A stretch of 63,699 bases of DNA, the filler included, from Bigelowiella natans CCMP2755 (Eukaryota; Protista; Cercozoa), in NCBI GenBank assembly GCA_000320545.1. It is 6 parts of 6 records of this genome, joined end to end, with 100 filler letters (N's around TTAATTAATTAA, not from the genome) between each part and the next. Parts side by side here need not be neighbours in the genome. Positions count along the whole stretch, not along the records: positions 1 to 31,200 come from ADNK01001087.1; 5 more parts are not named here. One strand, 5' to 3'. This document shows positions 1 to 11,522 of this stretch, one piece after another (position 1 is the first letter of the stretch; each line of letters starts with the position of its first letter). The notes below the pieces were generated by a model. That model did not search any database. It saw only the letters and a program-made list of their open reading frames with translations, and had not been told where the DNA came from. The translations under genes and the position numbers were made by a program.

Positions 1-13
1 TCTTCTATTTCAG

Positions 14-107
14 GGTGAGATTGAGCGTGACGCCGAGATGGACATGATAGGTACACTTCTCTATGCAGTTGTTGGGTGGGGTGGGAGGCAGAGGTGTTCC
101 ATGATAC

Positions 108-172
<65 letters not shown>

Positions 173-290
173 CTCCTGACGTATATATTATTCCCTTCAA
201 GGTGCTACTGCAATCGAAGATAAGCTTCAGGACGGGGTAAGAAGAAAAGAGGCTAAAGCAGTAAGATTGTGCATGTGCGGGGAGGGGGTG

Positions 291-324
<34 letters not shown>

Positions 325-2006
325 GTCATCGTTGTTGCCGTATTCACCGTGATTGATCTAAGCCATGTATGCTCCTCCCGGCAGGTTCCTGAGGCGATTA
401 AGTCATTACTAGACGCGTCCATCAAGATTTGGGTAGTAGACGTTGAATCGTAGGACGTGCTTACACACGGCATGCTTGCAGCAGCGCACAGTACAGTCCA
501 CCCACCGTGCTCCTCCGCCATCAACGAATCCTAATCTTGCCCAGGTTCTAACCGGAGACAACGTTGCTACAGCGATAAACATTGGTATCTCCTGCAATCT
601 CCTTGAGGCTGATATGACCAAGGAAGGAAGGTGTGCTACCTCGGTGACGGCGGCGACGATTCACAATACTGCACGATCATGCGTTTGGAGGGGGGGGTGG
701 CGATGATGACGATGACGATGATATGATCGAGAGCTGCTGATGTATTGAAAATGCGGTCGTGATTGTGTGTTGTTTGTGGCAAATCAATACTAGGTTGTTT
801 GTATTCGACGACTTTGACAAAAAGCATAAGGTCCAACACTCTCTCACACGCACACACGTAAATCCAACAAACGACACATCTACTACCATGCATATCTGAT
901 ATAATGCTGGGGTCATCTCCACGCTCCTTCACTCCTCCTCCTCGACTAACACCCCGACGGCTTGCTCTTACACCAGGATCTTACCCCTGCCGAAACCGAC
1001 AGTTCTGAATACAAAAACGCGGTAGTATCACGTGCTTGGCGGTGATGGCGACGACGACGATGACGATGATGATGATGATGATATCTGTGATAGTAATGCT
1101 AGACGCAATAGCAGAAGCAGTGGCGGGATTATGGCCATACGCATGCTTGCTCTACGCCGCCTAGTCGGTTGCTGCTGCTATATTTGATAAGATGCACGCT
1201 GCGTCGTCGTCGTCTCTCCCTCCTCCTCCCACAACACAGGTGCGCGATTTACTAGAGAGCAACGGCGCCTATTACGAACGTGAGCGCTTGAAGGCTGAGG
1301 AGAAAGCTCGAAGCGAAGAGCGTACGGAGGCAGAGGTAAGAGACGCCGGCCAAGCTAAAAAGGTCCCTATAAGTTGTATGTAATCGTTGTATCTTACAGT
1401 CGCATATCTGTAGCCGTTGTATAGTCGTAGGAGAGGAGGTAGTAAATAGGAAGCATGTGCGATGGTTGCTGTGGTGGGGTTTGCTGGTGAGACGCCACGC
1501 ACTCCATGCACTCATTGTCGTATGGTTTTAAAACAACAACAACAGATGCGCTTGAAGGAAGAGACGGAGAATCAAGTGAAGCGAGCTTTCATCATGAGGA
1601 AGAAGGCTTGCGTTCTAGACAGGTTCGGAGTAGGAGACTCGACGTCTTCAGCATGAACATGCGAGTTACTGAGAAGATGAAGGGGGGGGGGGGGGGGTGG
1701 CGGAAACCCACCTGGCCTTGCTGCCCTCCTCCCCGCCTCCATCCTCTTGTTAGCATCACTAGGCCTCGCACTAAAAAAACGCAAAACCTGTTGCTCCTCC
1801 TCCCACCTCAAATGGCGTGCTCATCACACTCTTCTCTCTCCAGGCAATTCGACGAGGCACTGAGCAAGGTCCCTGCATTAAGGAACAAGTACCAAGGTTA
1901 GCCTATTGTTGTTGTCACTATTCGTAGTCGTCTATTTGCTAGAGGTGGTGCTGGTGGTGGTGGTGGTGGTGGTGATGGTGGTGGTAGTCGGTTTCTAGGT
2001 CTCAGC

Positions 2007-2043
<37 letters not shown>

Positions 2044-2268
2044 GTGATATCGAAATGAAATCATGATCGCAACAGCAGCAGCTGAGATACTCTTCTCTGG
2101 CTGTTTATAAGAATAACAACGATGAACTACGTGATAATGATAATAATGATAATAATAATTATTATTATTATTATAATAGGCCAACCCCTCGGCTTAGCGA
2201 TGCACGGCAACGTGTGGAAGGTTGTCGCGCACTACAAGACCCAACGTGCTACCAATGAGGTCATAATC

Positions 2269-2299
<31 letters not shown>

Positions 2300-2340
2300 C
2301 AGTAGTAGTACAAGAAATAGTAGTAAGAACAACACAGAAG

Positions 2341-2373
<33 letters not shown>

Positions 2374-2486
2374 TATGGGACGCACAACCACTCGGCAATT
2401 TAGAATTCACGCTTATGATAGCTGGGCGATGACAGCACGTAATATGACGATAAAAGATGTACCAAACGGTAAAGCCGACTGTAGTG

Positions 2487-2546
<60 letters not shown>

Positions 2547-2807
2547 TAAAAGATGTAAATATATTATCGATGTACAGGTACTTACTAGTTCGATGCCAAG
2601 TCTTCAAGACGGGAAAAGCGGCGGCGGTGTGACGGAGGAAGTTGACATGTCAATTGAAGGTGCTGCGTCATTTAGTATGTGCTAGTGTTGGGAGATGGTA
2701 ATGATGACGACGATGACAACGATATTTCCAAGCATTGACAATAAGTGAATTTGAGGATTCTCGTGTTCATTTAATGCCATTTGTGTTCATCTCCTCTCTG
2801 GGTGTAC

Positions 2808-2838
<31 letters not shown>

Positions 2839-2959
2839 TGTGTGAATGTGTGTGTGTGTGCGGATGTGTTTCTATAACCATCATCGTAGGAAAGTTCTAT
2901 CGTCTAGCTAAAGAGTGCAAGAGCGTCTTGGGGTCATTACATCTTAATATCCATGTTTG

Positions 2960-2995
<36 letters not shown>

Positions 2996-3198
2996 GCGTG
3001 TGTGTGTGTGCGTGTGTGCGAGTGCGTGTATACTCATGATCTGATTAAATACACGCATAGATGCCGACTTGAGCCAAAGGAAAAGGCTGAAATCGTCAAA
3101 CTTATGCAGCGAAGGGAGAATGTATGGTTTGTCTGTAGTATGTAGTAGCAATGCATCATGGTTGTTTGCTTGCACGCCATCGTCGTCGTGACCATTAT

Positions 3199-3230
<32 letters not shown>

Positions 3231-3374
3231 GGTGTTGTGTTGTTCCTTCGACGAATAGGTGCCTACGCTTGCAATAGGCGACGGCAACAACGACACAGTC
3301 ATGATCAAAACCGCAGAGATCGGAGTTGGAATTCGTGGAGTCGAGGTGACTGCTAGGCAGAGAACATTGTGATA

Positions 3375-3405
<31 letters not shown>

Positions 3406-3543
3406 CGGTTTTTTGTCTGCTCGTTTGTTTGTTGTCTAAACATCATCTCTAGGGCACAAGCGCTGTTAGTGCCAGCGACTACGTTATATCGCAGTTTCGG
3501 TTTCTTACCAGGTTGTTGCTTGTCCATGGAAGGTACGCCACTA

Positions 3544-3587
<44 letters not shown>

Positions 3588-3668
3588 TCTCTCTCTCTCG
3601 CGCGCTCCTTTCCAAGGCAGCTACAATATGTGCGTGCTTCTCTGATAAATCATTCGAGATTTCTAACA

Positions 3669-3707
<39 letters not shown>

Positions 3708-5591
3708 TGTACCTTCCATCATTCCTCCCCCAACCCGCGGCATTGCATTCAATTTGCTGCCGCAACACTAGGTTAAACAACCGGCGAATTTGTCTTCTGA
3801 TGTACTACATCTTCTACAAGACATCGCTCGTAGTCTGGACGGTGCTCTTTTTCGGGTATTGTGCAGTGTGTGAAAATGTGAGCGAGTGCATGGTGATGGA
3901 CGCGTATCTTCTCTCTCTCCGACTGCCAGTGGTTATCGACGGTTTCAATCCCAGTCGATACCCATCATCATCATCATCATCATCATCATCACCATCATCA
4001 TTTATTCCAAACTACACCACACGTGCACACGCATGCCTGCGCAAATTCTCACTGTTTCGTATGCAACAATAATGCAACCATGATCGCCCTCACTAACCGA
4101 ATCCCTCGCTAAATTCCCACCCACACCGTCAGCTTCTACTCCGCGTTTTCGGGTCAATTTCCGTACTTGGACTGGATGTATCAGCTGCATAACATTGCAT
4201 TCACGGCTCTCCCGATCATTATCTACGCGATCTTCGATCGCGACATCGACCCGCACACCCTCGCGGCGAACCCGTATGAGCCAATGCAGCGCCATGTTCT
4301 TGATTACTGCTGCTGCTGCTGCTGATGGTGATGCTGTGGATTGAGATGGGGAAATCGTAATGAATTGATTGGTGTGTGGTAGGTATGTTTACCCGTGGTC
4401 ACGAGGCCCTATCCTTTATGGTTTGTATTATTACGATAGCAATAATGAAATAGTCAATCAATCAATCACTAATACGCAGTATCACAGCTCGCATCCATCG
4501 TCTCTTAAACGCTCCTTCGCAATAGAGTGTGGATAGTCGTTTCCATTTGCTACCAAACTGCATTTGTCGCATGCCTTTACAACCGCGACACGGACAAAAA
4601 CATTTCGTATAAGAATGTGTATATGCGTCGTGTGTGTAAACTTTGATCAGGTCCTCACAAGCTCATTGAGTGGGCGTTTTGGGCGTTCCTGCACGCGGTG
4701 ATCTGCTTCTTTATTCCATGGTAAGAGTAGGAGCGTCCAACAATCACGTGACGGCGACGATATGAGTGATGGGGATGATTGCCAGTGTGTGCTGATGAGA
4801 ATGTTTGTGGAAGAAATGATTGTACCATTCGTAGATTTTCGCGCAACAGTGGGCAGCATGCAAAACACGCAAACACCCACTCATACACACACAGAGAGAG
4901 AGAGAGAGGGAGAGAGAAATTGGTTCATACTACTGGACTGTTCTTACTTTCGCATCCATTTTCCGGTGATTAGTGGAAGGTGTTTCTGTTTAGTCGTTTT
5001 GCTATGCCGTAATCGATTTTAAGCACTATGTTTGTCGAAATCGGCGTGTTAACCAAATTAGGTATGCGTTTGAAGTTACATCTCCTGAGAAATCCGGGCA
5101 AAGCTTCGGGTAGCAGTAATAATAGCGGCGGTCGTAGTTGTAATTCCTCTGCATCTCCTTTTATGATGACCACAAAGGAGTTGGTTACGGCGATTTGCCC
5201 TTCTCTCTTAGTTAGCGCGCCCGTCCATGTGAGTGAGTGTTGTGTGCGTTGTAAGCGTAATAGCAATGAGTATGGCATTGTAGTTTCTCATCAGTTTCAT
5301 GCCACTTACTGACCGCCTGCTCTCGCCTATCTCGCAGATTCCAATCAACGATGTTGGTTGTGTACTGCTGCGTCGTCATCGTAACCAACCAGAAGCTCGC
5401 TTTCTATGCTGCCCATTGGAACTGGGTACACTACTGCTAACATTAGTGCTACTAGTATCTCTACTGCTCCCACCACCACCACTACTAGGACTACTCTGTT
5501 GAAGATATGCACTAAAGTGGAAGTCGCATTTTTGTACGTCGTTAGGCCTGGCATCTAGTCTTCTGGGGGTCCATCTCGGTAGAAAATTGCA

Positions 5592-5625
<34 letters not shown>

Positions 5626-6424
5626 AGCATCACCGCTGCCATTTGCTCTCACAAAAATCTAACCGCCTCTCATTTTGCAGGTTTTATTCGTAGCCATTTT
5701 GGTATTCAGCACGTCCACGATTTTCGCCATCGGAGGAATCGACTACTACTTTGTCGGCTATAGGCTCTTTGCTATGGAACGGTATATTGCTTAACCGCCT
5801 CTCGTCTTCCCTTATGCTAGCCAAGACCTCACAAAAGGCATGGGGGTTGTTGCGAGTGATCTTATTCTTCGACGAGTTCGCCGTTTCTATTCCACCACAC
5901 CGATCATACGACGTTGCCTTACGTGTTGTTGTCGCTCGTTTGCTACAGGTTTTGGATGACTCTCGTTCTTTCTTCTGGCCTTGCATGTGAGTAAAAACGA
6001 TATGGCGGTGTGGGTGAGAAGGGAACAGGACGTGGTAACCGACAGCTCGAGGATCTTCCAGAGACAATAGTGTCTTTGTGTGCGCGCGCGCGTGTGTGTG
6101 TGTGTGTGTGTGCGTGTACGTGAATCTAGCATCACATCACCATTTGCATCATTGTCAATTTTCTTTTAGGCATGGTCGACTACACACGTGCGGTAATGGA
6201 GCATTTCTTCCCTGATCGTACCCGCGTTTTTGTGGAGGCTAGGCACTTGGGAAAACCTGTGTTTGATCCCGATCATGTTAATCTTGACGATATCAAGAAC
6301 TACTCCCTCAAAGATAGCAAAACTCCTCCCGGCCTAAATCGCAGGTGTGGTACTCTTACACAGCAGTTTGTTGATTAGCTGTTGTGGTGCTGTGAGACTG
6401 GTTGTAGAAGTACAGAGAGGGATT

Positions 6425-6465
<41 letters not shown>

Positions 6466-6626
6466 CTATCTCTATCCCTACCTCTCTGCCTATCGCTGTG
6501 TGTTTTGTGTCGGAAAATACGCAACTTCATAATTTAATATTTGCAAGGTACACGGGATCCAACTTCTCCTTTACTCCGAATGTGAGAGAAGCTTACCAAA
6601 AGAAGAATAATGGAATCCAGAACTGA
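14..6626 (+). CDS. P4-type ATPase (phospholipid flippase), multi-exon, 5' part outside the window
   Basis: Exons spliced by eye give TAIEDKLQDG (~206-236), VLTGDNVATAINIGISCNLL (545-605), CRLEPKEKAEIVKLM (3062-3108), TLAIGDGNNDTVMIKTAEIGVGIRGVE (3264-3345), ASDYVISQF, LLLVHGR, YYIFYK, FSGQ..DWMYQLHNIAFTALPIIIYAIFDRD and C-terminal YTGSNFSF..QN* (stop 6624-6626). These are established P4-ATPase motifs. Confidence 0.93.
110..6460. repeat. Dense intronic microsatellites (TA, TG, CAT, CT, GTA, CAG); the same pattern occurs in other multi-exon genes
   Basis: Most flippase introns carry one or more perfect SSRs; they account for most of the low-complexity ORFs in the track. Confidence 0.95.
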
Positions 6627-6744
6627 TAGATGAAAAAAGGAAGGTGCTACCATGTTGAAGGCCTTATTACTTTTGGAAATTTGTTCATCTGCAGATGATT
6701 TCGACTTAATTACGACTCTCCATTTTGCGTCTACGTACATTCAG

Positions 6745-7250
6745 CCTATAGGCTACGTATGGCGACGCCTGCACATCTCTAGATCTAGGTACACGTCTAG
6801 ACGTACCTAGATCTCTAGAGATGTGTGTACGAGTATTAACACCGAATCCGATGCACGCCAGCACAAGCTAAACCAGAAACTAGTACAGCTAGGACATGCT
6901 GCGATGCATGCTGGCGGCATATTGTGCGATGCAAGCTAGCAAGCAGAGATATCGATGCTGATGCTGCGCCAGCGCACGTACCACCATGCTATGCTAGCTC
7001 GCAGTGACGTGGCGCGGCCACGCGACGACCGCAATGACAAGAACAACCGCGCGCTTGCATATCTTGGCATGATAGCAGCATACGATATGGCTAGATGGAG
7101 GCTGTGTCGTCGCCCGAGCTAGCGATGTAGCGGCAGCACTATAGAGCAATGATGCTCCGTCAGAATCTAGAGAATCGTATTATATAGTGTGATAGCCAAT
7201 CTAACTAACTAGCAATGCTTGCAATGATTTGTTCTGTGCAGTCACGCATT
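6745..7250. terminator. CTAG/CATG/TGCA-rich spacer between convergent flippase and PI4K genes (terminator role inferred)
   Basis: About 13 CTAG in ~450 bp against ~2 expected at uniform composition. Many GCAT/ATGC words, almost no homopolymer runs, and it lies between two stop codons. Confidence 0.45.
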
Positions 7251-7537
7251 CACCACATTGGAATAATAAATACCCAAATGAATGTAGCGTTATCTCTGGT
7301 GGCTTGAAACTGATCCTGCACCGTCGCGACAACATCAGCCAGGAGAATTCATGCACACACATCGGCTAGAAAATACGTTTTTTCCTCATAAATTTGATCT
7401 TTACATTACTACATGAATTTCAGAACTCCATTTTTATAATTGACGCGAGTACTAAAATATATTTACAGAATAAATTTATTTATTTACTATCAAATCTTCA
7501 CCGATGCTTTTGCAAATGAATCGGTGGATTTTCTTGT

Positions 7538-10079
7538 TCAGAAAGCTGAAACATCTGTGGAAACTTCGTGAGGGGAGAAGCCACCAACCACTCTCCGTGG
7601 TTCAAGCGAGCTTACTTCCGTCTTCTGTAAAGTGCCACCCGAAACAACAGATTCTTCGTTCTTTTTGGAGTTCTGTATTTTCATCATTTGTTCTTTTTCT
7701 TGTCGGATTTTCCACCTCGGCTTCCACGCTGGGACTTTACGAGGTGCGGATTTAGATAATAGCGATACTTCGGGATTTTGGGTTTTGAAAGTATTTTTAT
7801 TGATAAGGTAAGGCTGGCAAGGAATGGACATTGCAGCAGGGTTTATTTTCATTGGATTAGGGTTTGGCCGTTTTGCAAGGGGTGGTGCAAACCCAGTTAT
7901 CCTTGTATGCGAACTAAAAAACTTGTTTTCATAACCACCACCGCCGCCGCCGCTATTACTATCATATATGTCGGGGAATCCATCTTCGGTCTCCAGCTCG
8001 GGTCGAGACCATGTATCGGAATCCGATGACTTTCCAAGAGGAATATCCGGAATTATTGACAAATTTCCTCTGTCGCGGGGGCTATACTCCCAGCCCTTCT
8101 CATTTGGTGTGTCAAATTCCGAGTCTCCCATACGTTTCTTCATTATCTCCTCCGATTTTGCTATCTCTGTTTTGCCAATGGTATTTCTATCCTGAAATGC
8201 CGCAGACATCATGGAAGTTTTGGGGCGAGGCTTGACGACAACCTCCGTTTTTCGGAAACTTAGAGATCTTTGGTCCTCCATGGACACCGTCCTCAAAGAT
8301 TCTCCGGAAGATCCCGTGCTTTCTGGAAGTGCGAACCACGTCGGCGTGTGTGGGGTCATAGCTGGAATCATGGGTGACTGAGGCGTTGAAGACCCAGAGC
8401 CATCAGAAATATCTTTCGCAGGTGTTTCCTTAGCGCATAACTTCACGTGTTGGTCAATAAGCTTCTCTAAGTAATTGAAAAAAAGATCTGATACTGCTTG
8501 ACCATCTGATCTGCTGCAGGATTTTTTATTTCCATCGTTAAGATGCCACGTGTGAGTACTGGGATCAAGCCTTCGCTGGCAGTCGGTCACACTCTTTTCA
8601 GCTAACTGCGAGATCTTGAACCCATTCGATCGAACCTTGAGTGGCTTAAAATCATTAAACGAAATTGATCTTGAAAGTCCAAGGTCTTGCAAATCGTCAA
8701 GTCGACTGCGATTCTCCAACTTTCTGCGCTTCTCTAGCTTTCTGCGCTTTAAAAACTTCGAAAGCAGTTTGGTTGGCAAGCTAGGGGATTTTATCCTTGC
8801 TTGTTCTCTTGCCGATTTAGCCATCTTATATGCCTGAGTACACATGACTTCCAGTTCGGATGGAATTTCAAGTTCGTTTCGGCATACGATTCCAGCAATC
8901 TGTCTTAAAGTAAGGCCTGCCGCCACTCCCTTCTTCAACACAGTCCCTGTAATCCTCATGGTTCTAAGGCAAGCCTCCCGAATACCTAAGGTTGTTCTGA
9001 GAATTTCGATGTCTGCTTCTATGTCAAGATTTCGCACAAAATCCTTTGTTTTTTCATCAAACGGGACTTTTGCCTGTGGCCACTCAAGCCAAACCCAATC
9101 AGTCCATGCAATCTCAAGTGTATCTGGTAGACTGTAGGCGTGATCAATAGGTATTAAACTGAGCTGTCGAACTCCAGTTCCACGGTATGAGGAAGATCCA
9201 AATCCACATCCACGTTGGATTAAAATATTTGCCTCATTTCGATCGGTGTTTGCCATTCGAATGTCCAAGATAGCTATTTTATGAACCTCGTGCGTCGGAA
9301 ACATTTTTGCTGCCAGATCTCCAGCCACATCATCGTAAGATACAAACTCTTGGATGGAGCCAATTTTGGTGCCGCATTCATTTGACATCCCCAATCCCTT
9401 TCCGGAAAAGTGAAATGCATCTGCCTCCATCTCAGCGACAGTGGTTCTGGGAACGCCACTGAATCCTGTTTTACTATCTAGAAGATAAGCAGCTACTTCA
9501 CGAAGATATCCTTCTCCAGAGAGTATACCCTTTCGGAATCCAGTTTGGCCCATTTTCCCAACATAATTTCTTGGATTGTGAGGAGCAAAAGGTTCCTCAT
9601 CTGAGGGCTTGAAAACTGCAACTGTCTGTCTGTGACTACAACGGAGGAAGTAAGTGCCACCAGTTCCGTCCATCGCGAGACGTGGGGCTAAGCCATGGTA
9701 CAGTCCATGACGTGATTTTTTAACTTTTGCTCTCAGTGGTTTTGGACATGGGACATTTCCGTAAAGCCTTATCGAGACTTTCTTCTCACCTGGGCGATCA
9801 ACGGATAGAAAAAGCTTGGCGCTGTCCGAGATATTACAATCGAGGAGGGAACGCGTGTTACGAAGCTCACGATTCGAAAAAAATAGTCGCTGCAAGTAAG
9901 CTGGGACTCCTATCTCTCCTTGGATTTTATCCTTCACATCTTTAATTAGGCACCTGCCAGGTTAAAAAAAAGTATCAGAAGATTGATTGAGTGAGATAAT
10001 TTGATCAAACCGACCATGCGTGAAGGCTCAGCGAAACACGCGGACCCTGTTCGTCCTCGATATTGACCAGAAACTTCAT
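7538..10079 (-). CDS. Phosphatidylinositol 4-kinase gamma-like (type II PI4K) with N-terminal ubiquitin-like domain
   Basis: 799-aa ORF with Ubl motif VKDKIQ..IGVP..LQRLFF and kinase motifs GTGGTYF, AVFKPSDEEP, REVAAYLLD, GSIQEFV, ILDIRMANTDRNEANIL, LIPIDHAYSLP. A short first exon MKFLVNIEDEQGPRVSLSLHAW (10079-10015) joins in frame through GT-AG intron 10014-9954. Confidence 0.92.
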
Positions 10080-11522
10080 TTTAAACTTTGTTTTGTTTCC
10101 TTCAACTTCACTGTTACGTTGTGGGAGATAAAGCTAGAATGTCCTCATCGAGAGCAGCAGACGCGATTGGTGTCAAGGTCTATCGCATAGTGAACAAAAC
10201 TAGGAAGTTTGTTTGTTCTGTGGATAGATTGATGTTAATGTAACCAGAAGTTTTGATTTACTTCCCAAGTCTCCTGCTCGATGTGAGAGATATGCAGAAT
10301 CACACGTCACAACCTTGGTAACCATTCACGGATACTTGAAGTATGTTCTTAGAGCAAACGTCTCGAGATAAAATATTATAGCCAATAAACTTAGGTATTC
10401 ATCTTGTCGTTTTAATTTTACACCATCTAATTTATTATTTTATGTATCTAGCTTGCGACAATTCAAATCTGAATGTAATAAATAAGGCCCCCTTGACAGC
10501 AGAACGAACATAACCTCAATTTTCACGTGGATATGAAATATTTCAAATAAAATCCCCTTCGTTTCTAAAATCTACTGGCACTGGTTACACCAGCAATAAC
10601 TCATGTTTGATTTGGTGCGCTTGCCTTCGATCATGAAAATTAAAATTTTGGTCTATTTCAAGAAATGCAGCAAAGAATAGATTACATTCGCATTAATAAA
10701 ATGTAAGTATCAGGATTTCATGACAATCACAGATAAATCCCGGGACTATCTTCTGAGAGAGGGTATGGCTGCCGATGGTTCGCGAATTTGTAAGAAAAGC
10801 CATAATATCCTGGTTTCTCTTCGAGCGACTGAGATCATACATTTCTTTCAGAACCTAGAAAGGCTGATAATGGTAGCTTTGTTAGCTAAAAAGTTACGCG
10901 TGTTGACAGATTCTGTTTACACGCGCCAAAAGTCACGTGCAAAACTGTAAATTTTGCCGTTTTTATGCGTTCGAAAAACTAATTACAAGTCTAAAACTTT
11001 CGATGTGCTTTCAAGGCCACTGTGGAGTGCTCCGTACACCCTTTTTATTGAAAAAGTACCATCCTCTTTCTCGGGAAAAGGTCCGTCTAGAGGTCCTTCT
11101 CGGCATTACGACAAGTTGATGAAATAAGCGCTTCGTGCTCCCAAAAACTATGGTATGTTTTCGGACAAATTTGGAGGGGAGTTTCAGGTAAGAGTCCCCT
11201 CTAGGTGCTGATTTTGGATCGGAACGGAAGTTAGCGCGCAAAGTCATTAAGTTGACGCGAAGTAAAAATTACCTACGTTTAACCCCAATTTCACGAATGT
11301 ATATTTCGGTCAAAGCCCATTTACGACTGACACGTGGACAAATACTCCACCCCCCCCTTTTTTCCATCCTGGTAACTCCCTAATTCCGATTCTTCAATTA
11401 TTCTTCGATTGTAAAATAATTGCATGCCTGTATTTTCTGAAAAGAATCATGGCTATACTTACCTGTGCACAACTCAATGGCGTACTAATGCTGGCTCTTT
11501 TTCAGGATAAAGAATAGGAAAC

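Noticed and set aside
38-6532. Dozens of short ORFs with poly-YI, VC, H, S or LS tracts (here and throughout the window)
   Set aside because: They are translations of intronic microsatellites or antisense frames of real exons.
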